Shown: one piece after another, positions 10,043 to 18,493 of the stretch
How the letters are laid out: every line of letters starts with the position of its first letter
How positions within the stretch are numbered: the stretch's first letter is position 1
NCBI GenBank assembly: GCA_963794325.1
Contig: CAWCDG010000004.1
Span: 1,824,001 to 1,888,000 of the forward strand
Source: an uncultured delta proteobacterium
Lineage (GTDB): Bacteria; Desulfobacterota; Binatia; Binatales; Binataceae
Length of the DNA: 64,000 bases
Reading direction: 5' to 3'
Program-made: the position numbers and the translations under genes
Notes under the pieces: generated by a model
Told to the model about the DNA's origin: nothing
Database searches by the model: none
Seen by the model: the letters and a program-made list of their open reading frames with translations, nothing else

Positions 10043-10236
10043 TTAATTGAATGTGAAACCCTTCGCGGGTTTCACGCTTCCGCGGCAGGGGTGACCCCTG
10101 CACCCAGTATTAATCGCAAAACGGCGAGGACGCCATTTTGCACTCAGGTTCCTGATTTTGGTGGCACAGGCTTTATCCTGTGATTATTTCCTGGATTTGC
10201 ATGGACCAGAAAATCACAGGCTAAAGCCTGTGCCAC
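10043..10236 (+). repeat. Composite element: family A double hairpin + linker + family B REP doublet (10161-10236)
   Basis: TTAATTGAATGTGAAACCCTTCGCGGGTTTCAC..GCAGGGGTGACCCCTGCACCC followed by GTGGCACAGGCTTTATCCTGTG..CACAGGCTAAAGCCTGTGCCAC. Second copy at 15731-15923. Confidence 0.9.
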
Positions 10237-10237
10237 G

Positions 10238-11218
10238 TCAGAAAGACAGCGTTGCTTGTCTCGGCGGCTGCGGCGCGACCGGCGGTGGCGCCATGTAGCG
10301 ATCGTGGATTGGGAAGCCGTAACGTTCGCGGATGCGGTTGAAAATTATCCGCATGCGGTCGTCGTAGGCTTGCGGGGCATACTCGGCGCGTCCGTAGAAC
10401 ATGTCGATACGCTCGGCCAGGTGCGGGAAGCGATCCTTCACAAATGGGATGAAGCGGCGCGCGGCGGCCGGTTTCAGAAAGAGCGAACGCCACCATACGC
10501 CGGACGCATTTGCGCGACGCGCGGCGCGAATCACGTTCTCGATTGCGGCGGGGTCGTCGGTGAGGCCCGGGATCATCGGCATCATCAGGACGTTGCATCG
10601 GATTCCAGCGCCAGCCAGCTCGAACAGGGCGCGCAATCGCAGGCCTGGCCGCGGCGCGCGCGGCTCCAGAATTCGCTGCAGTTTTCGATCGAGGGTGATC
10701 AGCGAGAAGTTCACCGACAGCTTCGAGCGACGGTTGATCTTCCGCAGCAGCTCGAGGTCGCGGACGATCAAGCTCGACTTGGTCGTGATCGAAAGATCCA
10801 ATCCCTGGAGCTGGGCGAAAATTTCGAGCATCGAGCGCGTCAGCCCGTATTTCCTCTCGGCCGGTTGATAGGGATCGGTCGCGGTGCCGATTGCGATCGC
10901 GTCGGTGCCGATCGGGGTGCGCGAGAGCGTGCGCGACAAAACCTCGGCGGCCATCCGCTTGACGAAAATTTTGCGCTCGAAGTCCATCGGATCGCGCAGC
11001 TCGAGAAAGTCGTGCGTGTAGCGCGCGTAGCAATACACGCATCCGAACTCGCATCCGCGATACGGGTTGATTGTCCATCGAAACGGCATGCGCGGACTGT
11101 CGCATCGGTTGAGAATCTGGCGCACCGGCATCTCGATAAACTCGACGCCGCGCGTGGCGTCGAGGTCGTCGGGAGGCAGCGAAAGCGAATAGAGGGGCAG
11201 TGTGGCGGCGGTGTTCAT
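10238..11218 (-). CDS. Radical SAM protein, SplB-like (PA0069/Rv2578c-type) putative DNA repair family
   Basis: INPYRGCEFGCVYCYAR (CxxxCxxC), GTATDPYQPAE, ITTKS, LEPRAP. Confidence 0.9.
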   Translation of the reverse strand: MNTAATLPLYSLSLPPDDLDATRGVEFIEMPVRQILNRCDSPRMPFRWTINPYRGCEFGCVYCYARYTHDFLELRDPMDFERKIFVKRMAAEVLSRTLSRTPIGTDAIAIGTATDPYQPAERKYGLTRSMLEIFAQLQGLDLSITTKSSLIVRDLELLRKINRRSKLSVNFSLITLDRKLQRILEPRAPRPGLRLRALFELAGAGIRCNVLMMPMIPGLTDDPAAIENVIRAARRANASGVWWRSLFLKPAAARRFIPFVKDRFPHLAERIDMFYGRAEYAPQAYDDRMRIIFNRIRERYGFPIHDRYMAPPPVAPQPPRQATLSF

Positions 11219-11302
11219 CTGACGGCACAGCTATTTTCGTTTTTTCTTCGCTATGAGTCAAGGCTCATAACCGCCTGAAATTTAATTGGATTTAGATATT
11301 CT

Positions 11303-12154
11303 TTAGGGGGCGGGGGGCGGGAATTGGGTGCGGAGGAAACTGTCGAAGGCGCGGTCGGGGAGGACTCGGCGCAGGCCCATCAGGACGCGCGCGGCGAGAG
11401 TTACTTTGTAGCGTGTTTTCGGATTCTTGGCGGAGATCGCTTTTTCGATTACTTCGGCGACGGCTTCAGGTGGTGCGGCGAAGCGGGCCATCGGGCCGCC
11501 TTCGTATGCTTCGCGGATTTGCTTTTCCAACACGACGTTGAAGGCTGCGTAGGGCGAGTCCTTGGGCATCGCGATGTTGCCGACGGCGGTGTCGCCGAAG
11601 CGGGTTTTGATTGGGCCGGGCTGGATGACGATGACGTCGATGCCGAAGCCTTTCACCTCGAACCGCAGCGCATCGCTCAGTGATTCGACGGCGTGCTTGG
11701 TTGCATGATAGTAAGCGCCGCCGGGGAAAGTGAGCTTGCCACCCATCGAGCTAAGATTGACGATGCGGCCCCATCGCTGTCGGCGCATCGCGGGCAGCAC
11801 CAGCTTGGTCATCGCGATCAAGCCGAACACATTGGTCTCGAACTGGCGTCGGATGTCGGTCATCGGCACTTCTTCGAACGCGCCTTCGAGGCCGTAGCCG
11901 GCGTTGTTGATGAGCACGCCGACGCTGCCCTCGGCACGCTCGACGGTTTCGACCGCGGTGCGCATCGAGGCGTCGTCGCATACGTCGAGCGCGAGCGTTT
12001 TGCATCCGCGCGTGGCGAGATCGGCGATCGATTCGGGCTTGCGCGCGGTGGCGTACACGTTCCATCCGCGCGACGCGAGATGTTCGGCGGTGGCGCGGCC
12101 GATACCAGTCGAGCATCCGGTGATTAGGACTGCTTTCGAGATCGGTTGTGGCAT
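11303..12154 (-). CDS. SDR family oxidoreductase
   Basis: TGCSTGIG, NNAGYG, YHATK. Confidence 0.95.
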   Translation of the reverse strand: MPQPISKAVLITGCSTGIGRATAEHLASRGWNVYATARKPESIADLATRGCKTLALDVCDDASMRTAVETVERAEGSVGVLINNAGYGLEGAFEEVPMTDIRRQFETNVFGLIAMTKLVLPAMRRQRWGRIVNLSSMGGKLTFPGGAYYHATKHAVESLSDALRFEVKGFGIDVIVIQPGPIKTRFGDTAVGNIAMPKDSPYAAFNVVLEKQIREAYEGGPMARFAAPPEAVAEVIEKAISAKNPKTRYKVTLAARVLMGLRRVLPDRAFDSFLRTQFPPPAP

Positions 12155-12304
12155 TCGTGCGCTCCGGGCTTATTCAGCAGGATTGCGGCATCACAAGCTG
12201 CCAGATAGTAGTCGGATAACGCGGCGCGTGGTACTGGATGCACACCTGCCCAGAGACAGAAGCGGAATCTTGAATCGCGCGCGAAAAGCGCGCTGAATAA
12301 GGGT

Positions 12305-12342
12305 CCCTCTCCTTAAATCCTCTCCCGACGGGTGAGGGGAAG
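12305..12342. repeat. Family D REP-like palindrome (CCCTCTCC...GAGGGG type)
   Basis: CCCTCTCCTTAAATCCTCTCCCGACGGGTGAGGGG, similar to 14162, 20357 and 42974. Confidence 0.55.
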
Positions 12343-12373
12343 AACGGCGCGCGAAATATCCGGAGGAATCGCG

Positions 12374-13183
12374 ATGGCTGACAATGGGCGCGGGTATCGG
12401 CAGAAATATGGTGAGTGGGCGCTGGTGACGGGAGCGTCGGCGGGGATTGGGCTTGAGTTTGCGCGGGCGCTGGCGCGCGAGGGCATGTCGATCGTGCTGA
12501 CGGCGCGGCGCGAGGATCGGCTGAATACGCTCGCCGCGGAGCTCAAGGAGAAGCATCATATTGATACGCGCGTGGTGGCGGTCGATCTCGCGGCGGCAGA
12601 CGGTGCGGATCGGCTGGCGGATGCGGTTGCGGATTTGCCGATTGCGATTCTCGTCAACAATGCGGGCTTCGGCTATGCGGGGCGCTTCGACAAGCTCGCG
12701 ACCGACCGGCTGCGCTCGATGGTAGTCGTCAACTGCGTCGTGCCGGTGGTGCTGACCAGCAGAATCATTCCCGGCATGGTCAAGCGCGGGCGCGGTGCGG
12801 TGATAATCGTGGGATCGGTGGCGGGACGGCAGCCGCTGCCGCTGCATGCGGTTTACAGCGCGACCAAGGGATTCGATCTGCTGTTCGGCGAGGGCTTGTG
12901 GGGCGAGCTGCGCGGGACGGGTATCGACGCGCTGGTGATCGAGCCGGGCCCGACCAAGACTGAGTTTCAATCCGTCGCGGGCGAGTCTGTCGGTGAGGAT
13001 CACGGCGAGCCGGCGGAGAATGTGGTGCGGGTCGCACTCGACGCACTGGGCAAGCATCCGAGCGTTATCTCGGGATGGTTCAACTGGGTGCGTGCCAATG
13101 CGATCCGGATCGTGCCGCGATCGACGGCGGCGATAATCGCGAAGAAGGTGGTCGAAGGATCGACGCCGGTGGAGCTGCGATAG
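12374..13183 (+). CDS. SDR family oxidoreductase
   Basis: TGASAGIG, NNAGFG, YSATK. ATG after GGAGGA. Confidence 0.95.
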   Translation: MADNGRGYRQKYGEWALVTGASAGIGLEFARALAREGMSIVLTARREDRLNTLAAELKEKHHIDTRVVAVDLAAADGADRLADAVADLPIAILVNNAGFGYAGRFDKLATDRLRSMVVVNCVVPVVLTSRIIPGMVKRGRGAVIIVGSVAGRQPLPLHAVYSATKGFDLLFGEGLWGELRGTGIDALVIEPGPTKTEFQSVAGESVGEDHGEPAENVVRVALDALGKHPSVISGWFNWVRANAIRIVPRSTAAIIAKKVVEGSTPVELR

Positions 13184-13263
13184 ATTTGCGGTCCGGCTTG
13201 AGTCTGGCGGAGCACATACTTATGCTCCGGACGAAGTCGCTTTGAGTTGTCGGAAGTAATTCA

Positions 13264-14115
13264 ATGGCGCGTTCACAGGTAAAAAGTTTTCGCACTCCGG
13301 ACCAGGTGCGGAAATTTCCGAATGGCCAGATAGAGAACGTGTCCCATGGCGAGACGACCATCGGGCGCTTTGTGCTTCAACCGGGATGGCGATGGTCGCG
13401 CGATGTTCAGCCTATCGCGGGCACGCGCTGGTGCCAGAATCATCATCTAGGCGTCGTGCTTCGAGGACGGCTGCGTGTCGAGAGCGATACGGGCGAGGTG
13501 TCCGAGTTCGACGTCGATGACGTCTATGACATTCCTCCGGGTCATGACGCGACGGTGCCGGGTGACGAGCCGTTCGAGGCGATTGAGTTCGCGAGCGCCC
13601 GGGTCTATGCGGCGCCGGCCGACGGAGATCGCATGCTCGCAGCGATGCTGTGCACCGATATCGTCGAGTCGACCGAGCATCTGCGGAGGCTCGGCGATTC
13701 AGCGTGGCGCGAGCTGCTTCTCGAGCATAACAATCAGACGCGGCAGGAGCTGAATCGTTTTCGCGGGCGCGAGATTCAGACGACCGGCGATGGATTCCTT
13801 GCCGTGTTCGACGGTCCCGCGCGGGCGGTTCGATGCGCGCGGTCGATTGGCCGCGCGGTCCAGCGCCTCGGTATTACGATTCGCGCGGGGGTTCACACCG
13901 GCGAGGTGGAATTCGTAGGCGACAATGTAAGAGGCCTGGCGGTTCATGAAACCGCGCGTGTCGCCGGGGCGGCGGGCGCAGGCGAAGTGCTCGTTTCGGC
14001 GACCACGATGCATTTGCTGGAAGGTTCGGGGATCGCGCTTGAGTCGGCGGGAGTGCATGAACTCAAGGGGCTTGGTGAGGCGCGGGAGCTGTTCAGGATT
14101 GTGGGCTCTGAGTGA
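13264..14115 (+). CDS. Cupin + class III adenylate/guanylate cyclase fusion
   Basis: Cupin motifs QPGWRWS..CQNHH..IPPGHDA. Cyclase motifs TDIVEST, TTGDG, GVHTGE, AVHETARV, HELKG. Confidence 0.9.
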   Translation: MARSQVKSFRTPDQVRKFPNGQIENVSHGETTIGRFVLQPGWRWSRDVQPIAGTRWCQNHHLGVVLRGRLRVESDTGEVSEFDVDDVYDIPPGHDATVPGDEPFEAIEFASARVYAAPADGDRMLAAMLCTDIVESTEHLRRLGDSAWRELLLEHNNQTRQELNRFRGREIQTTGDGFLAVFDGPARAVRCARSIGRAVQRLGITIRAGVHTGEVEFVGDNVRGLAVHETARVAGAAGAGEVLVSATTMHLLEGSGIALESAGVHELKGLGEARELFRIVGSE

Positions 14116-14161
14116 AGGGGGAACGTTAAGCTCACTCGAAGTTTGCGGTCGATGCGAGCAA

Positions 14162-14200
14162 CCTAACCCCTAACCCCTTCCCATAGTGGGAAGGGGAACC
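14162..14200. repeat. Family D REP-like palindrome
   Basis: CCTAACCCCTAACCCCTTCCCATAGTGGGAAGGGGAACC (stem CCCCTTCCCA/TGGGAAGGGG). Confidence 0.7.
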
Positions 14201-14606
14201 GGAAGCGCGTTATCGTTCGGTGGCGCGGCGGTGCGGGCGGGGGCGTTTTTGGCCGGGGCGGTATTGCTCGTCGTGCGGATCGAAGATGCCGAGGCGCTTT
14301 AATCGAATCACGCACATCACGTGGAATGCGATGAGCGCGATTGCAGACGATACACAGTTGAGTCTGACAAGTCTTTGAAGCTCGCCGGGCAGGCGGTCTG
14401 CGAAGATGAAGATAGCGAGCAGGACCCATTCGCTCGACTAATACCAGGAAGACGAGGCGCTCGGTGTCGACGTGGCTCGGCAGGCGTGCCGAGGCTTTGG
14501 GATCTGAAATGCGGACGGTGCGGTGCTCGATTCTGGCGAAGATGATCCGGGCGAGCACGACGCCGAATCCCAGCGCGCCGAGTCCGAGTGCGTCGAAGAT
14601 AGTCAA
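14163..14606 (-). CDS. Hypothetical membrane-anchored protein (uncertain)
   Basis: TTG start and hydrophobic N-terminus, directly downstream of the BNR gene. The C-terminus reads into the family D repeat. Confidence 0.3.
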   Translation of the reverse strand: MTIFDALGLGALGFGVVLARIIFARIEHRTVRISDPKASARLPSHVDTERLVFLVLVERMGPARYLHLRRPPARRASKTCQTQLCIVCNRAHRIPRDVRDSIKAPRHLRSARRAIPPRPKTPPPAPPRHRTITRFRFPFPLWEGVRG

Positions 14607-14631
14607 GTTGCTCCGGCGGCCGGTAGTTGGC

Positions 14632-15642
14632 TTACGGAATTATCGCGAGGTCGTAAGCCGCTGGCAGCTTTTCAGCGATTGTCGCGAGTGACGACCCGTC
14701 GGCAGTAGCGCGCATCACGGTGCCGTCGTTGGACACTGCGAAGAAGGCGGTTCCGTTGTTGTCAGGATCGGCTTTCAATCGCATCAGCATCCCGCGCCCG
14801 AAATTCTGTTCCGCGGAAATCGGCGTGAAACTCTGGCCGCGATCGGCGCTGCGGAAGAGCATCGCGTCCGGCCCCGTCGGTCCCACGCGCCAGCTTGGCG
14901 GCGGGCCCATCGCAGCCGCCGTGAAGATGTCGTCGCGATCGGGCGGGCTTACCAGCAGCGGGATGGTGTAGCTGCGGTTGAATCCGCGCCTCACCTGCTC
15001 CCATGATTTGCCGGCGTTTTGCGACAAGTAGAAGCCGTCGCCAGTGGTCGCATAGAGGCGGCGCGAGTCGCGCGAATCCACCGCGACGGTGTGAATGTCC
15101 TCGTACAGGCCGTCGTTGAGCGTCTCGAAAGTCGCGCCCTCGTTGCGCGAGCGGAAGATGCCGCCTTCCTCGACACCGACGTACATCGTGGACGGCTCAT
15201 GCGGGTCGAACGCGATCGAGCGCACGTGCGGGATGTGTGGCGGCGGCGGAAACGTCCATCGGTCGCGCCCGGGGATTCTCAGGAAGCCGTCGGACTCCTT
15301 GAAGATGCGTCCGCGATCGTCGCTGCGGAACAATCGCGCGTGCGAAGTGCCGATGAATACCCGGTCCTTCACCGCGGGCGAGGCAGCTACCGACCAGACT
15401 TCTTCTTCGCGGGCGAGCGGAGGAGTGACGTCGGTCCACGTGCGGCCGCCGTCGGTCGAGCGGGCGAGTGTGCCCTTGCCGCGGATTTGCTCAGTTGACC
15501 CAGCATAGATGAGATTGGGATCGGCACAATCCTGCGACATGCACCAGACGGCCGACGGGTCAGCAAGCACCATCAGAGGAGCCCCGCTGCGCGAAGGATC
15601 CAGAATCACAATCCCTTTTGCCGTCCCGATGCAAAGTCGCAT
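14632..15642 (-). CDS. BNR/Asp-box repeat beta-propeller (WD40/YVTN/BNR-like) protein
   Basis: Repeated Asp-boxes RSTDGGRTW, RSDDRGRIF, RSRNEGATF, SQNAGKSW, RSADRGQSF. WTFPPPPHIPHVR motif. Confidence 0.9.
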   Translation of the reverse strand: MRLCIGTAKGIVILDPSRSGAPLMVLADPSAVWCMSQDCADPNLIYAGSTEQIRGKGTLARSTDGGRTWTDVTPPLAREEEVWSVAASPAVKDRVFIGTSHARLFRSDDRGRIFKESDGFLRIPGRDRWTFPPPPHIPHVRSIAFDPHEPSTMYVGVEEGGIFRSRNEGATFETLNDGLYEDIHTVAVDSRDSRRLYATTGDGFYLSQNAGKSWEQVRRGFNRSYTIPLLVSPPDRDDIFTAAAMGPPPSWRVGPTGPDAMLFRSADRGQSFTPISAEQNFGRGMLMRLKADPDNNGTAFFAVSNDGTVMRATADGSSLATIAEKLPAAYDLAIIP

Positions 15643-15730
15643 CCAGGTCACACCTCTTCGAACCGCGACGGATCGTAGCGCAAAGGATTGGAGCAGAACA
15701 GCGGGGAGAGAAAGAAAGGAACTCGAGAAC

Positions 15731-15923
15731 TTGATTAAATGTGAACCCTCCGCGGGTTTCACGCTTCCGCGGCAGGGGTGACCCCTGCACCCATTGGGAA
15801 TCGCGAAATGTTGAGGACAACCTTTCGCTCTCAGGTTTTTGATTTTCGTGGCACAGGCTTTAGCCTGTGATTCTTTCCTGGATTTGCCTGGACCAGAAAA
15901 TCACAGGCTAAAGCCTGTGCCAC
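15731..15923 (+). repeat. Composite element, second copy (family A + linker + family B doublet 15848-15923)
   Basis: Colinear with 10043-10236 including the linker (AATCGC..GAGGAC..CTCAGGTT..TGATTTT). Confidence 0.9.
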
Positions 15924-16017
15924 CAATGCCAGCGGCCGGCGGGCGCAGCCGCCGGTAGGTGAGGGTGCTGGGCCACATCACAAAAGCTCGCGCGCTCGCT
16001 TTTTTGTGTAGTGTCAT

Positions 16018-16056
16018 CCTTGTGTCATTCTAGAGCGAAGCGAAGAATCCCGGATC
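16018..16056 (+). repeat. Family C REP-like unit (GTCATTC..GAGCGAAGCGAAGAATCCC)
   Basis: CCTTGTGTCATTCTAGAGCGAAGCGAAGAATCCCGGATC matches the arms of the 28345-28489 doublet and a degenerate unit at 828-850. Confidence 0.75.
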
Positions 16057-16077
16057 CTTTTCTGGCCGCTCTTGTCG

Positions 16078-16404
16078 ATGAAGACTCACCACGCCACTAT
16101 GCTCGCGATCGTCGTCTGGTACCTGATGATTCCGCCGATTGGCGCCGACAACAAAGTTGATGCGCATGCGCCGTTCTCGCAGTGGAGAAGAGGCGTGGGC
16201 TTCGAAACTCAGAAGGACTGCGATGACTCGTTGAAGGATGCAATCCAAAATCCGATGACACCTGACGAGTATCGGGCAACTGCGGAGCAGACCCGGAAGG
16301 CAAAGATGAAGCCGCTGAGCATGTCGGAAATGACGAAGCGGACACAGGAATCACTGTGCGTCGCGGGGGACGATCCTCGGCTCAAAGCAAAAGTGAGAAA
16401 GTGA
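16078..16404 (+). CDS. Hypothetical exported protein
   Basis: MKTHHATMLAIVVWYLMIPP N-terminus, two Cys, C-terminal CVAGDDPRL. Confidence 0.7.
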   Translation: MKTHHATMLAIVVWYLMIPPIGADNKVDAHAPFSQWRRGVGFETQKDCDDSLKDAIQNPMTPDEYRATAEQTRKAKMKPLSMSEMTKRTQESLCVAGDDPRLKAKVRK

Positions 16405-16424
16405 AAAACGCGGCGCCGAAATAA

Positions 16425-17345
16425 TTACGTCAGCTTTGTGCCGATCTTCAGATCGCCACTGGTCGCGAGTTCGGCTGGTGCGACTTTCTTCGGATTCGGA
16501 TCGATTCGCGCTCGCTTCACCGTAATCGTGCCGCCGGTCAGCGCGATCTTCATTCCATCTGCGTCGATGAAGACGATCGTTCCCGGTTCTCCTTGCGAGC
16601 TCGCCGCTGAGAACGTGGATTCATAGAGGCGCAGGCGTTTGTCGCCCAGGCTTGCGAATGCGCCCGGTTGCGGGTCGCATCCGCGGATCAGGTTGAAGAC
16701 TTCGCGTGCGGGTTTTGCGAAATCGATCTTTGCGTGCTCGTCGCGGCATGGCGGCTCGTAGCTCGCTTTGCTCTCGTCCTGCACGATCGACGGCGCGTTG
16801 CCCGATTTGATCAGATCGACCGCCTCGACCATCGCGTCGATGCCCATCGGGAACAGCGTGTTGAAGTAGATTGAGCCGACGGTGTCGTTCTCGGCGATCG
16901 GCACGCGTTTCTGAATCAGGATGGGGCCGGTGTCGATGCCCTTGTCGGGCCAGAACCAGGTGACTCCGGTTTCCGCGTCGCCCTGGATGATTGCCCAGTT
17001 GATTCCGCTGGCGCCGCGATGACGTGGGAGGATCGAAGGGTGGAAACAGATCGACTTGTACCGCGGCGCGTAGAGAATTCGCTCGGGCACTATCAGCGTT
17101 ACGAACGCGAGGATGGCGAGGTCGGCGTCGAGCGATTTGAAATGTTCGAACGCGGCGTCGTTCTTGAATGACTTGGGCTGACTGAGCGGCAGATTCATCG
17201 CGCGCGCTTTGGCTGCCAGCGCGTCAGGCTTGCCGGCAGGCGGATCGGGTGGCGCGAAGACGTGAACGATCTCGTCACTGTGATCGACGAGCGCAGTGAG
17301 CGCTTTCTCCGCGAATGCGGCCTGGCCGAGCAGTGCAATACGCAA
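16425..17345 (-). CDS. Formyltransferase family protein (Fmt-like; ALDH1L1 N-terminal hydrolase-like)
   Basis: MRIALLGQAAF, FHPSILPRHRGASGINW, WPDKGIDTG, IRGCDPQPGA. TTG start after GGAGG. Confidence 0.88.
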   Translation of the reverse strand: MRIALLGQAAFAEKALTALVDHSDEIVHVFAPPDPPAGKPDALAAKARAMNLPLSQPKSFKNDAAFEHFKSLDADLAILAFVTLIVPERILYAPRYKSICFHPSILPRHRGASGINWAIIQGDAETGVTWFWPDKGIDTGPILIQKRVPIAENDTVGSIYFNTLFPMGIDAMVEAVDLIKSGNAPSIVQDESKASYEPPCRDEHAKIDFAKPAREVFNLIRGCDPQPGAFASLGDKRLRLYESTFSAASSQGEPGTIVFIDADGMKIALTGGTITVKRARIDPNPKKVAPAELATSGDLKIGTKLT

Positions 17346-17457
17346 CGTCGTGGACCTCCGAGTTCCTAACGCTACCAAATCAAAAATCGAGTTGCATCCT
17401 GAAACGTCGTGACCTCCGATGCGTACCTTGAACTGAGCTTCGGGGGGATACTCAGCC

Positions 17458-18456
17458 ATGCGCAACCTTGCCATTTCATCGATCGTCGCGGCGGCGATAT
17501 TTGCGACTGCGGTGATCTCCGCGCAGGCGGGTCAGCCGGGGCCGGCGCCGGGGAATCACAACGAGTCACTTGTGGTCGGCGTTGGCGCGAAAAAGATGAC
17601 GCGCACCTTCATCGTGCGTGTGCCCCAGGGGTTCGACGGCAAATCGAAAGTGGCGGTGGTGTTCATGCTGCACGGTGCGGGCGGTAGCGGCGAGGGCGCG
17701 ATTGCGGAGACGGGATGGGACGTGAAGGCGGATCGCGAGGGGTTCGTCGCGGTTTTTCCCGACGGCACTCCGCCGCATCCTTTGATGCCTGCGCGATTCC
17801 TGATGAATCCGCGGTTGTGGAATGACGGCTCCGGCCGCGGCGCGATCGGCGCAAACAGTGTCGACGACCTCGGCTTTATCTCCGCGATGATCGATTTTCT
17901 CGAAGCGCGCTACACTGCCGACCCGTCGCGAATTTATTGCACCGGCTTTTCCAATGGCGCGTCGATGACGTTCAGCGTGGGGCTCAACTTGTCGAATCGA
18001 ATCGCGGCAATCGCGCCCGTCTCGGGGCATCTGTGGCAGCAGGAAAAATTACTCGAGTATCCGGTTCCCTTGCTTTTCATTATCGGCACCGAAGATCCGC
18101 TGAACCCGATCGCCGGCGGCAACGTGAAACTGCCGTGGGGCGTGACTCAATCTCAGCCGCCAGTCGAAGATTCGCTCAAGGATTGGGAACGGATGCTCGG
18201 CTGCGGAGCTCAAGTGCAGACCGCAAGCAGCAAGGACGTTCAGGAGGTCACATACGATCAGTGCGCCAAGGGCGGGGAGGTCGAGTACTACCGCGTTACC
18301 GGATTGGGGCATGTCTGGCCCGGCGGGAAGAGTCGGCTGCCGGAAAAATGGGTCGGTAAGCCGAGCGACGCGCTGAACGCGACTGACGTAATCTGGGAAT
18401 TTTTCAAGGCGCATCCGCGGCGCGCGGCGTCGAAACCGATCATGAAGAACGATTGA
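17458..18456 (+). CDS. Secreted PHB depolymerase/LpqC-type esterase
   Basis: Signal peptide, LHGAGG, GFSNG nucleophile elbow, GTED, GHVWPG. Confidence 0.88.
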   Translation: MRNLAISSIVAAAIFATAVISAQAGQPGPAPGNHNESLVVGVGAKKMTRTFIVRVPQGFDGKSKVAVVFMLHGAGGSGEGAIAETGWDVKADREGFVAVFPDGTPPHPLMPARFLMNPRLWNDGSGRGAIGANSVDDLGFISAMIDFLEARYTADPSRIYCTGFSNGASMTFSVGLNLSNRIAAIAPVSGHLWQQEKLLEYPVPLLFIIGTEDPLNPIAGGNVKLPWGVTQSQPPVEDSLKDWERMLGCGAQVQTASSKDVQEVTYDQCAKGGEVEYYRVTGLGHVWPGGKSRLPEKWVGKPSDALNATDVIWEFFKAHPRRAASKPIMKND

Positions 18457-18493
18457 CACGGTCGGTCGCGGGCAGCTTTGATGACCGATCGGT

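Noticed and set aside
9940-16056. Prophage or genomic island integrated at tRNA-Leu
   Set aside because: No integrase, no phage genes and no duplicated tRNA 3' end found downstream; only short repeats follow.
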